The notes beneath the pieces are model-generated. The model saw only the letters and a program-made list of their open reading frames with translations, made no database searches and was not told where the DNA came from. A stretch of 62,536 nt of DNA from a virus: UHGV virus genome UHGV-0020642. One strand, given 5' to 3'. The position numbers and the translations under genes were made by a program. Positions 31,431 to 40,268 of this stretch are shown one piece after another (position 1 is the stretch's first letter; each line of letters starts with the position of its first letter).

Positions 31431-31839
31431 CTTTAGATTCCTTTTTCTTTACTGCTATAACTTTTAGAGTTGTGACGATAGTTTCGGATTGAGCTGGTTC
31501 TAATTTTTCGGCCGCAATTCCGCCATTGTAAATTAAAGATTCAAGAGCTTCATAGTCTATGTATTCTTTAGTCTTAATAACATTTATAAGGTCTTTCTTT
31601 TTACAATTTTCTTTTAAAATTTCAATACACTTTTCATCGTGCATTGAAGTTCTATGTTGATATAAAATTGTTGCTTTTGCAACATTTGTTTCATAAATAT
31701 CTTCACCTAATTCTGCTAATTTACCCTTGATAAACGCATTTTTATTTTTTAATTCTTTTTCTAAAGATTTTTTCTTTTGGTCTTCCTCAAAATATTGGTC
31801 AATTACTTTCTCTAAATCGTGTTTCTCTCTAGTGTCCAT
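31423..31839 (-). CDS. hypothetical protein
   Basis: 138-aa charged helical protein. Confidence 0.35.
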   Translation of the reverse strand: MDTREKHDLEKVIDQYFEEDQKKKSLEKELKNKNAFIKGKLAELGEDIYETNVAKATILYQHRTSMHDEKCIEILKENCKKKDLINVIKTKEYIDYEALESLIYNGGIAAEKLEPAQSETIVTTLKVIAVKKKESKDE

Positions 31840-32125
31840 TGGATTCTCCTTTCTTCTTGCTCCAATAATATTTCGAATTGAAGTCGGACATCTGACCCCA
31901 TTTTAAATTTTTCTTAAAGTTAATTAATTGATTAACTTGTTCTCTATTAAAATACCAAGTTCCTCTATTATCTTTACTGTATATGGGCAAACCAACCTCA
32001 TCCCATAGTTGATTTTCTTTTGAAGCCCATTTGTACCACCTTTTAATAGTTGCAGGACTACAACCTAAAATAATAGAAACTCGTGTAATAGAATATTTAT
32101 CGTTATGAATGTCTAGTTCTTCCAT
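31829..32125 (-). CDS. HTH DNA-binding protein (excisionase/MerR-like)
   Basis: ITRVSIILGCSPATIKRWYKW helix-turn-helix. Confidence 0.4.
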   Translation of the reverse strand: MEELDIHNDKYSITRVSIILGCSPATIKRWYKWASKENQLWDEVGLPIYSKDNRGTWYFNREQVNQLINFKKNLKWGQMSDFNSKYYWSKKKGESNGH

Positions 32126-33843
32126 TATTCACCTAAAACTCTATTAAGTAATTCATTTATAAATTGTCTATTTGTAGTTTGACCATCTATAAAATAACTT
32201 GCGAGTTCTCCTTTCTTTAATACTATCTCGTTTACTACTTCATCAATTGTATCTTGACACATTAAGGTATATACATTTACAGTTTTTGTGGTACCAATTC
32301 TATGACATCTATCCATAGCTTGGTTTTTGTTAGCTTCATTCCAAGGTTCGTCTAAGAAGATAACATTATTACCTGCTGTTAATGTGATACCTGTGCCCAT
32401 AGCCTGTCTTGTGCCTAAGATAACTTTACAATCTTCATTATTTTGAAATTTTTGTACTTCAATATCTCTTTGCTCAATTTTTACATCACCTGTAATGAGA
32501 GCTGGGTTGTATTTTTTACATCTTTTGTATGCTTCATAAATAACTTGTGAAAATTCACTAAATACAACAACTTTTTCTTCGTTTGCAACTGCGTCTTCTA
32601 TAAGTTGCATCATCATATCTAATTTTGTTGTATGTGTAGCCGTTGAACTTAATAAACTACTGTAACCAGTAACTTGTCTTAACCTTGTTAATTGTGCTAG
32701 TGGGTTAGGACTTAATTTTATTAAATCAATTTGTTCTCTTAAAGCTGTTCTAACTTCGTCATATAATTTCCACTCCTCTTTTGACATATCTAAATAAATA
32801 GGTATGTTATTTTTAGGTGGTAAATCTAAAACATCTTCTTTTCTTCTTCTTAACATACAATTATTTAATTTTTGCACAATTTCATTTTTATTTTTATATG
32901 CAATAATTTGATGGTCGCCAAACCCTCCAAATATACAATAATGATTTTTAAATTGTGTGAATGTGTGAGTTTCTTGGTCTAACCATTTTAAAATAATGTA
33001 TAAATCTTCAATAGAATTCATTAAAGGTGTTCCACTTACTGCAATTCTTTCTTTTGCTAATAATCTTTGAAATCCTTTGCCTTGCTGAGAATTCGGGTTT
33101 TTACATTTATGTATTTCATCAGCAATAACCATTCCTATTTCGCCTCTAACACACATTCTCTGCAATCTTGTAGTTATTTCAGGGTTTCTCAAAGTTTCCA
33201 CATTTGTAATAATAAAGAAATTATCTATACCATTCTCTAAATCTTCAATTTTTTCTTTGGTATCTTTAAAAGTTAATTTTCCTTTATTTAAACCTCTCTG
33301 TATAACACGTTGGCCCAAAATATATGGTTTCTCGTTTGTATGTTTTATAATCTCATGCCACCAATTAAGTTTTAAATTATTTACACCGACAACTATTAGA
33401 CAATGTTTGAACCAGTGTTGCTGTCTTTTAGCAAGTGCGATATTTAAAGTTTGGAATGTTTTTCCTAAACCCTGGTCATCTGCTAATAACCATTTTTGAC
33501 TATTCATTCCATAATTAAAGCCTTCTATTTGATGTTTTCTAGGTTGTGTTTTGTATTCGTATTCTACACCACAATCTTTTATTTTGTCTTTATCGCCTTG
33601 ATTATAACTTACAATAGTTAATTGGTCATAAATATCAAAATCTTCTTTTATTTGTGCTAATTGTTGTTTAAGTGCTTCCAAACAATTAAAAGGTAGCTCC
33701 CATTGTTTACGTGAAGGGTGCCAAAATTTACGTTCGAAACCACGCATAATATTTACTATTTTCGCATCATAAGGAAATGATACTAATAGTGCTTTCTCTG
33801 TTTTTAAGTTAATAGGTATATCTATAATTATTTTAACTGCCAT
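32125..33843 (-). CDS. SNF2-family helicase
   Basis: LADDQGLGKT (motif I), VIADEIHKCKN (DExH), QAMDRCHRIGTTK (motif VI). The track start (TTG, 33861) falls inside the promoter-like motif, so I used the ATG at 33843. Confidence 0.8.
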   Translation of the reverse strand: MAVKIIIDIPINLKTEKALLVSFPYDAKIVNIMRGFERKFWHPSRKQWELPFNCLEALKQQLAQIKEDFDIYDQLTIVSYNQGDKDKIKDCGVEYEYKTQPRKHQIEGFNYGMNSQKWLLADDQGLGKTFQTLNIALAKRQQHWFKHCLIVVGVNNLKLNWWHEIIKHTNEKPYILGQRVIQRGLNKGKLTFKDTKEKIEDLENGIDNFFIITNVETLRNPEITTRLQRMCVRGEIGMVIADEIHKCKNPNSQQGKGFQRLLAKERIAVSGTPLMNSIEDLYIILKWLDQETHTFTQFKNHYCIFGGFGDHQIIAYKNKNEIVQKLNNCMLRRRKEDVLDLPPKNNIPIYLDMSKEEWKLYDEVRTALREQIDLIKLSPNPLAQLTRLRQVTGYSSLLSSTATHTTKLDMMMQLIEDAVANEEKVVVFSEFSQVIYEAYKRCKKYNPALITGDVKIEQRDIEVQKFQNNEDCKVILGTRQAMGTGITLTAGNNVIFLDEPWNEANKNQAMDRCHRIGTTKTVNVYTLMCQDTIDEVVNEIVLKKGELASYFIDGQTTNRQFINELLNRVLGE

Positions 33844-33847
33844 ACAT

Positions 33848-33863
33848 TTATTGTATAACAAAA
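33848..33863 (-). promoter_or_regulatory. conserved promoter-like motif TTATTGTATAACAAAA immediately upstream of the SNF2 helicase ATG
   Basis: Minus strand reads TTTTGTTATACAATAAATGTATG. There are only 6 nt between the TACAAT hexamer and the ATG, which may mean a leaderless mRNA. Confidence 0.4.
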
Positions 33864-33955
33864 TTAAAATTTTTGTACATTATGTAAAGTTTTGTAAAAG
33901 AAAAGTACACCCATAATTGATGAGTGTACCTTAGGAAGTATGTTAAAGAAGAGTT

Positions 33956-34429
33956 TTAGTGATGTTTTCGATAGTTAATCTTTTCCATGGCGTCATAAAA
34001 TGCTCGCTCACTAGCATCTCCTTGGTAATCTTCATCCTCTAAATCAGCTAGTGCATATTTTACATAAGTTGAAAAGTCTTGTGTAATTTCGCCGTAATCT
34101 GAATATTTCATATTCATCCAATATGCAAAATCATAACAAGTATAATCTGTATCTGTAAAATCAATATTAACTTTATTTTTAATGGCATTATACTCCCATT
34201 TTGGAGTAGGTTCACCTGTTTTATTTTCTAATGTATTTATAGCCTTATTATACAGTTCTATATCTCTAATATGAGCACCGTATCTTAAAGTTTCAATAAA
34301 ATCTGTAATATCAACTTCGTCTTGCATAGTTGCATATTGCTCTAATTTTAGAAACTTTTCTGGTTCGTTATCTATAAGGTATTTTAAATTATGTTTAATA
34401 GATTCCATAAGTCCTCCTATCTTCCACAT
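33956..34429 (-). CDS. hypothetical protein
   Basis: 157-aa acidic ORF. Confidence 0.35.
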   Translation of the reverse strand: MWKIGGLMESIKHNLKYLIDNEPEKFLKLEQYATMQDEVDITDFIETLRYGAHIRDIELYNKAINTLENKTGEPTPKWEYNAIKNKVNIDFTDTDYTCYDFAYWMNMKYSDYGEITQDFSTYVKYALADLEDEDYQGDASERAFYDAMEKINYRKHH

Positions 34430-34758
34430 TTACAATTACATTGAGGCGGTAATGTGTATGCTACAATTTGAGGTCCTGTTGAACCATAATAACCTTTAAT
34501 TTTACGTCTTTTAATAAGTTCAGAACCTAATACAGGATTTCCAGCCCTATCTAATAAATTAATAGTTGCTGTACCTACGGCAATTTTAACGGGTAATGCA
34601 GAAATACCTGAAGGTAAATCTGTTGTTATTGCGAAACAAAAAGGTTGTAAATTTTCTAATGTAGATGTTCTATCTGTTGTTAAGGTTACATCTGCACTAC
34701 CGACTGTAATAGAAGTCACTCTAAAGAAATATTTACAACAATTACATAGACAATTCAT
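34417..34758 (-). CDS. Cys-rich hypothetical protein
   Basis: N-terminal CLCNCC and C-terminal CNCKCG Cys clusters flank a beta-strand-like TVGS/AVGTAT core. Confidence 0.35.
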   Translation of the reverse strand: MNCLCNCCKYFFRVTSITVGSADVTLTTDRTSTLENLQPFCFAITTDLPSGISALPVKIAVGTATINLLDRAGNPVLGSELIKRRKIKGYYGSTGPQIVAYTLPPQCNCKCGR

Positions 34759-34814
34759 TTTAATTTCCTTTCCTTTTCAAAAGAGGGCAGGATAAATCCC
34801 ACCCTCTACAATCT

Positions 34815-35465
34815 CTAATAACCTACATAGTTTCCACAACCGCCACACATATTGGCACTTGTATAAGGTGAACAAGTAACATAAGCAGGAATTGGGAATG
34901 GTCTTACAGAATTGATAATTGTAGACGTTTGAGAAAGTGTACCCAATTGAAGTTGAGCCGCCTGCAACTGGTCTCTCAATTCTTGTATTGTATTTTGAGT
35001 CATTAGAGCTCTTGTTGCTTCACCATCTGCATGAATAGCATTGACGATATCGCAAGTATTTTTAGCATTTTCATAACGAACTGCGTCAATATTGCGATTA
35101 GTTGTGCAACAACATGAATCTTGGCTATGTTGCAAATTAGACAACGCCATTTGAACACCTCCGAAGCCTTGACATAAGTCTTTTTGAGTGTTAAATTGGT
35201 TATTGGCAATTTGTGTAAAGCCTTGACCCAAAGTGTTTTCTATACGGTCTTGTCCTCTACCTAATTGATTTGACAAGTTTGTGTATAGAAAGTCATTGTT
35301 GATTTGGTTGGTATAACCATTGTTACCAAATCCGAATCCTCCGCCTCCCCAAGCAAGTAGGAAGAACAAGAAGAATACCCAAGCATCATTACCGCCGCCA
35401 AACATACCATTGTTGTTTTCACGGCCAAGCAAAAGAGCTTCGGTTGAAGATAAACCTGAATCCAT
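34815..35465 (-). CDS. Gly-rich membrane-associated hypothetical protein
   Basis: Hydrophobic segment VFFLFFLLAW, then GGGGFGFGNNG, Q/N-rich, with CCC and CGGCG clusters. Confidence 0.35.
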   Translation of the reverse strand: MDSGLSSTEALLLGRENNNGMFGGGNDAWVFFLFFLLAWGGGGFGFGNNGYTNQINNDFLYTNLSNQLGRGQDRIENTLGQGFTQIANNQFNTQKDLCQGFGGVQMALSNLQHSQDSCCCTTNRNIDAVRYENAKNTCDIVNAIHADGEATRALMTQNTIQELRDQLQAAQLQLGTLSQTSTIINSVRPFPIPAYVTCSPYTSANMCGGCGNYVGY

Positions 35466-35533
35466 AGTTTAACCTCGCCTTTCTTTACTTAAATGTACCT
35501 ACTCACATAGTTTTCACTATGGAATCATCAGGA

Positions 35534-35773
35534 TTACATCTTTAATCCGAATTGTGATGCCCACTGAGTTAATTGTTGTGGGTCAATATTTCTTTCTTTT
35601 GCGACATTTTGAATTATTGATTTTATTGTATTAGAATCTTTACCCTGTGCCATTTGCATAGCTTGACTAAATAGCGGATTATTTCCAAACATCATTTTTG
35701 CGGCCTGTATAGGGTTGGGGTTATTTTTAAGCTGTGCGAACATTTGGAACAGTTGCATTGGATTTTGGTTCAT
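35534..35773 (-). CDS. hypothetical Q-rich small protein
   Basis: 79 aa. Confidence 0.25.
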   Translation of the reverse strand: MNQNPMQLFQMFAQLKNNPNPIQAAKMMFGNNPLFSQAMQMAQGKDSNTIKSIIQNVAKERNIDPQQLTQWASQFGLKM

Positions 35774-36167
35774 GTTTTAATTCCTTTAATTGTTGCTCTA
35801 ACATCTCAACTTTACTTTGTAATTCTTCTATAATTTTGTTGTTGAGAGGTTGTTCATTTAATGAAGAAGAAGTGTTTTGGGGTATTGGTTGCTCTACATA
35901 ACATTTTAAAGGACAACTGCCATCATTTAAAAGCTGTTTGGTATAAATTCTTTTATTAGCTATATCCGGAAATATGTTTAGACTACCATCGAAATCTATA
36001 GCAATTCCTTGAGCTTCCTCAAAGCAAGTAACAGGGCGACCTTTCAAAAATCTTTGAACTTGGCCGCTCTGTACGGAAGAAGGTTGCACACCTGCATTAA
36101 AAGGTTGCATTCTTTCGAATAATTGAGGAGACTGGATATAGTTGGGGTAATTGTAATTTGAGACCAT
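35727..36167 (-). CDS. hypothetical protein
   Basis: 146 aa with a coiled-coil C-terminus. Confidence 0.3.
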   Translation of the reverse strand: MVSNYNYPNYIQSPQLFERMQPFNAGVQPSSVQSGQVQRFLKGRPVTCFEEAQGIAIDFDGSLNIFPDIANKRIYTKQLLNDGSCPLKCYVEQPIPQNTSSSLNEQPLNNKIIEELQSKVEMLEQQLKELKHEPKSNATVPNVRTA

Positions 36168-36189
36168 TAGTAAAATTTCCTTTCCACAA

Positions 36190-36240
36190 TTTAATTATAT
36201 AAAAATACGCCCTCATTAGCAATTAAATGAAGGCGTATTA
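36190..36240 (-). terminator. rho-independent terminator candidate downstream of the endolysin
   Basis: 8-bp stem AATACGCC/GGCGTATT (36204-36239) with an A-run on the plus strand (a U-run on the minus-strand RNA). Confidence 0.45.
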
Positions 36241-36271
36241 TTAAATCTATCGAAATGTTTTTACTTTCTAT

Positions 36272-36790
36272 CTAAACATTGAATATTTCCAATTCGTTGT
36301 TTACCGTTCTCAAAGCATCTACATGAACCCAACCATTTGTAGATTTTAAATTCTCTACACGTTTAAAGGCTTTAAGTTCTTTTTTCCTAATTAAATTACA
36401 GATAAATTCGTGTAATTTTGCATTTTGACCTCTAGAATCGTGCAAATCAAAGCCTTTTGCTAAATTATGACCGCCTAGATATGGCGTTGTTTTAGCTTTT
36501 ACAATAGGGTCTATATTACACCTTAAGCCACATTGAGAAAGGTTTCCACCTCTTGACCAGTTGTTGATTATAATTTCCCTACCCCATTTTTCTCTAATAT
36601 AATCTAAATCTTTTAAAACTTGTTCATCAAAAAATTTCCACATAAACATTTCACCATATTTTGGTTTGTAGAAATTATAGACTGTTTTACTGACTAATTC
36701 TTTAATATTAAAATGAATACAGATATACATATATTTCCTCTTAGGTTGTCCTACTTCCATCATAATTTTTAAAAGTTTTGGGTTTATCAT
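36272..36790 (-). CDS. endolysin, peptidase M15 family (L-alanyl-D-glutamate peptidase-like)
   Basis: GHNLAKGFD (H-x6-D) together with a later WVHVD histidine fits the M15 zinc triad; sits beside the holin candidate. Confidence 0.5.
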   Translation of the reverse strand: MINPKLLKIMMEVGQPKRKYMYICIHFNIKELVSKTVYNFYKPKYGEMFMWKFFDEQVLKDLDYIREKWGREIIINNWSRGGNLSQCGLRCNIDPIVKAKTTPYLGGHNLAKGFDLHDSRGQNAKLHEFICNLIRKKELKAFKRVENLKSTNGWVHVDALRTVNNELEIFNV

Positions 36791-37029
36791 TTCGTAAAAT
36801 CCAATTTTTCTAATACAAGGTCCATTTTTGTATTAAGTTCTCTTAGTAAATCATGGTCAATAGCAACACTTTTATAGATTTCTGCTCTACAATGCTCACA
36901 TTTTTTATGAGTAACATATTTCAGACTAATAAACCAATCTAGCAATTTTAATGCTCCTATTATAGCTCCAATTCCTAATAAAACAAAGAAGCCTATTGTG
37001 TATATAGCTATTTGATTTGTATCAAGCAT
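36787..37029 (-). CDS. putative holin
   Basis: 80 aa, a single transmembrane segment IAIYTIGFFVLLGIGAIIGAL and a charged C-terminus, immediately upstream of the endolysin. Confidence 0.3.
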   Translation of the reverse strand: MLDTNQIAIYTIGFFVLLGIGAIIGALKLLDWFISLKYVTHKKCEHCRAEIYKSVAIDHDLLRELNTKMDLVLEKLDFTK

Positions 37030-37516
37030 TCCAACCTCCTGCTATTTTTTGATAGTTATCAACAGAATGCTTTATAGCCCATCTTCTTAAAGGCCCTGTT
37101 CCACCTTGTTTACAAAGTTTTTCTAGTACAATAGTTGACAAGTATCTGTTATTGTCCACATAATTATGATTTTCGCATAATACATCATGTATCATAGAAG
37201 CAATCATAAATTTTGGGTCAGTTTTTGACCCTATTAATCTCCAAAATATACGAGGTATAGATGCACCATCCCACGTGTAATATTGAGGAACTGTAAAGCA
37301 ATATTGACAAGTTTCACCATGTTTATTTTTATAAATAATTTTGACATCTAAATTATCCATATTCATAAATGGTTTTGCCAATTTATCCTCTTGTTGTTCT
37401 TCAGTATCGCCTGGACAAGGATATCTAAAATCAACATGAGGATTACTAGAAAATAGAATTGCGAGCTCATCATCTTTATAATAAGGTATAGGATTGGTTA
37501 ACATATACTCCTCCAT
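37022..37516 (-). CDS. hypothetical protein
   Basis: 164-aa ORF. Confidence 0.35.
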   Translation of the reverse strand: MEEYMLTNPIPYYKDDELAILFSSNPHVDFRYPCPGDTEEQQEDKLAKPFMNMDNLDVKIIYKNKHGETCQYCFTVPQYYTWDGASIPRIFWRLIGSKTDPKFMIASMIHDVLCENHNYVDNNRYLSTIVLEKLCKQGGTGPLRRWAIKHSVDNYQKIAGGWNA

Positions 37517-37525
37517 TTACAATTC

Positions 37526-37768
37526 TTATTTCAAAGGTAAATCTTCTTTTACTTTACCATTTATTTGAATAATTACGCATAAACCTGATTTTGATACATT
37601 AACTGTTTGTGTAGATTTTCCAGACATTGGTTGTTTTTGTATTTTAAATACAGCACCCGATTTTTCTACATTTACAGATTGTACAGCTTCTGTCGTATCT
37701 TCTGCATAACATACAGAGCTGAATAATAGTACACAAAAAATTCCTAAAATTGACAATAAATTTTTCAT
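37526..37768 (-). CDS. small secreted protein
   Basis: Signal peptide MKNLLSILGIFCVLLFSSVCYA. Confidence 0.3.
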   Translation of the reverse strand: MKNLLSILGIFCVLLFSSVCYAEDTTEAVQSVNVEKSGAVFKIQKQPMSGKSTQTVNVSKSGLCVIIQINGKVKEDLPLK

Positions 37769-37774
37769 AATTAC

Positions 37775-38068
37775 CTACTTTCTTAATTGTTTTGAAATAG
37801 CTGGATTTATTTTATTTATGCCTTTTTCTACAATAGAATCAGCTATAACATTTATCTTTTCGCTATCTAGGGGACAGGTCCCAAGAAAATAAGTGAGACC
37901 TGCTTGCACCCCGGCAGAAATTAATTTCTTTTCAACTTTATCTACAGGTTCACATTCTTGAACTTTATCTAAAACATCTGCAATCCTATCCTCAATAAAT
38001 TCTCTTGCACCATTTAATGTTTTAAATAGAAAAATAATAGGTGATAATAAAGTTTTAATAATATTCAT
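37775..38068 (-). CDS. hypothetical protein
   Basis: 97-aa ORF. Confidence 0.3.
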   Translation of the reverse strand: MNIIKTLLSPIIFLFKTLNGAREFIEDRIADVLDKVQECEPVDKVEKKLISAGVQAGLTYFLGTCPLDSEKINVIADSIVEKGINKINPAISKQLRK

Positions 38069-38096
38069 TTCTACCTCCGACAGTTTTGTTTGTTTG

Positions 38097-38603
38097 CTAA
38101 CTTATTTGAGTCATTTGACCTGTAAAATCTTTCATTTTAACTTGCATACATTCATTTATAAATTGTGGTGTAATTTGTTGATTTAAAATTTGTAAAGATT
38201 TCATATAATCTTCTGTTAATTCTTTACTAAAATCTGGTAATTTATAAGCTACTGGCAATACAACAGGCGTACCTGAAGATAATGCAATAGCAAATAAAGG
38301 TAAATTATTATTTAAGAAATTATCAACTGTGCCATCTGCTAGTGTTGGTTCACGTCTTATCCAACCTAAAGAAGTTTCAAAAAATTGTTGTTTAAAACCT
38401 TTTTCTCTTGTAATTTTTAGTTCCTCTAAAAATTCTTCATCTACAACAATTTTACCATTTTCAACTTTATATTTTTCAGGATAAGCCATATAATCATAAT
38501 AGACTTGTTCTTCAACTGCGTAACTTGTAATCTTACTAGAATTCATTTGTTGATTACTACAATTAATAATTTTATTGTTCTCTACATTTAAGTAAAATCC
38601 CAT
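38097..38603 (-). CDS. hypothetical protein (possibly a tail-fibre accessory protein)
   Basis: 168 aa, located after the tail fibre and DGR RT and before the lysis genes. Confidence 0.3.
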   Translation of the reverse strand: MGFYLNVENNKIINCSNQQMNSSKITSYAVEEQVYYDYMAYPEKYKVENGKIVVDEEFLEELKITREKGFKQQFFETSLGWIRREPTLADGTVDNFLNNNLPLFAIALSSGTPVVLPVAYKLPDFSKELTEDYMKSLQILNQQITPQFINECMQVKMKDFTGQMTQIS

Positions 38604-38612
38604 AATTCCTCC

Positions 38613-39908
38613 TTATTCTAAATAAAATGAGTTGCCATTTCTTTTTATTGCTACACTAAAAGGAAAATCTTCAATATTTATCCTTTTTAATTGATTTTCA
38701 ATAACTTTACTTCTTGTGAATGTAATGTGTAATTGTGTATCTTTTTCATCATTCACATACACAAATTGAATTTTATTAGAATCTTCGCCTTTAACTTTAC
38801 AATGCTTCCAAGCGGTTATTATTATTTGCTTGTCTATTAATGTCAATATTGAAACTTTTGTGCCTGTCATTGGAAATTCAGGTTTTGGACCTATATTTTT
38901 AAATTCTTTTATTGACATATCTTTTATTAAATTATCCAAATTTAGGCTCCTTATTAAGTTATATGTGTAACAATGTTTAGCATAACCTCTATATGAATTT
39001 AATGTGCATAGTTGTTTTAGAAATGGTCTTTTATCTCTATTTTTAACTATGTCTAAAACTGCTCTTTTAAGTTTTTTGGCGGTTCTTTTTCTTAAAAGTG
39101 TATAGCCTGTAAAGTGTCTATAACCTAAGAAATCTATACCTTGTTTGCAAGGAAAAACTTCACTGTAACTCATTTTCTGTTTCAATTCTAATTCTACAAA
39201 TTGATGAATTTGTTTTTGGATATCCAAAAGTTGTTCCTTACTATTAGATAGTATAACACAATCATCGCAATATCTACAATAGTTTTTCACTTTTATTTTA
39301 TGTTTTAATAATTTATCAAGTTTATTTAAGTATATATTACCAAATAGTTGGCTGGTAAGATTGCCGATTGGACAATTTTTACCGCCAGGAAAAGAAAATA
39401 CTATATCTTTAATAATTCTTAATAAATATTTATCTTTTATTTTCTTTTGTATCTCTGTAAATAAAATTTGTTGGTCAACAGTAGGATAAAATTTTTTAAT
39501 ATCAGTCTTTAAACAATATTTATTTTTCATTATTAGCTTTCGTACTCTATAACTTCCAGCTATTGGTCCTCTGCCTTTTATACAACCAAAAGTATGAGAA
39601 ATAAAGCCTTTAACAAATATATCTTCTATGATATTATTTATTGCGTGATGTACAATTCTATCTCTTAAAGGTAATATGTAAATAAGTCTGTGTTTACCAT
39701 TTTCAAATATTTGTTTTGTACTGTATTTTGATGTTGTAAATCTATTATTTATCACGTCTTGTCTTAAATTTTCTAAATTAGTTGCAAGATTCTTTTCAAA
39801 TTGTTGCACATCTTTTCTATCTCTTCTACCTCTTGTTGTTTTTAACCAAGCTTCAAAGAAATTTTCTTTAGTTATAAATTTATTCCATAATTTACCAGTT
39901 CTCTTCAA
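38613..39908 (-). CDS. diversity-generating retroelement (DGR) reverse transcriptase
   Basis: NCPIGNLTSQLFGNIYLNKLD carries the DGR-specific I/LGxxxSQ motif in place of the QG of other RTs. YCDDCVIL is RT motif C (YxDD). LPLRDRIVHHAIN is RT motif 2. TTG start with an AAAGGAG RBS. The TR lies about 135 nt upstream. Confidence 0.9.
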   Translation of the reverse strand: MKRTGKLWNKFITKENFFEAWLKTTRGRRDRKDVQQFEKNLATNLENLRQDVINNRFTTSKYSTKQIFENGKHRLIYILPLRDRIVHHAINNIIEDIFVKGFISHTFGCIKGRGPIAGSYRVRKLIMKNKYCLKTDIKKFYPTVDQQILFTEIQKKIKDKYLLRIIKDIVFSFPGGKNCPIGNLTSQLFGNIYLNKLDKLLKHKIKVKNYCRYCDDCVILSNSKEQLLDIQKQIHQFVELELKQKMSYSEVFPCKQGIDFLGYRHFTGYTLLRKRTAKKLKRAVLDIVKNRDKRPFLKQLCTLNSYRGYAKHCYTYNLIRSLNLDNLIKDMSIKEFKNIGPKPEFPMTGTKVSILTLIDKQIIITAWKHCKVKGEDSNKIQFVYVNDEKDTQLHITFTRSKVIENQLKRINIEDFPFSVAIKRNGNSFYLE

Positions 39909-40043
39909 TTTTCTCCTTTAAAATGAAAGGCCCGAATTTTCGCATATTGCTACTCAAACTGACCTTTCCCCGTATTGTTTTTTCGCCGAAACGAAGGATT
40001 TAGGCCCCAGCTTGCACCTTAGGAATCTTCCCAGATACAATAA

Positions 40044-40153
40044 CACGCCCCGGCAACCATTATTCACATTCGAGTTCAACAGGTTATTATTCGAATTAAC
40101 AGACCACGAACCACAGTTCGAAGAGTTGTCGTATTTACCACCTAGTTTCACCA
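40044..40153 (-). repeat. DGR template repeat (TR)
   Basis: 110-bp intergenic copy of the VR, GC-richer than its surroundings. On the minus strand it is Asn-codon rich (translates ..YDNSSNCGSWSVNSNNNLLNSNVNNGCRGV). It differs from the VR only at its adenines. Confidence 0.85.
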
Positions 40154-40268
40154 GGAAGGGCCTTAACCCTATAAGTTTGTTTCACGTTCTAAGCTCTAAG
40201 ATTTTAGGACTTAGGATTTTGTGTTACGGCCCTTCCTCGCAAGCTCGGAAGAGCAGGTTTTGGTTTGG

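Noticed and set aside
39954-40151. 65-aa minus-strand ORF overlapping the TR
   Set aside because: It is the TR read in the tail-fibre frame (MKLGGKYDNSSNCGSWSVNSNNN...), which is why it looks like the tail-fibre C-terminus. DGR template repeats are non-coding RNA templates. There is no RBS or start context.
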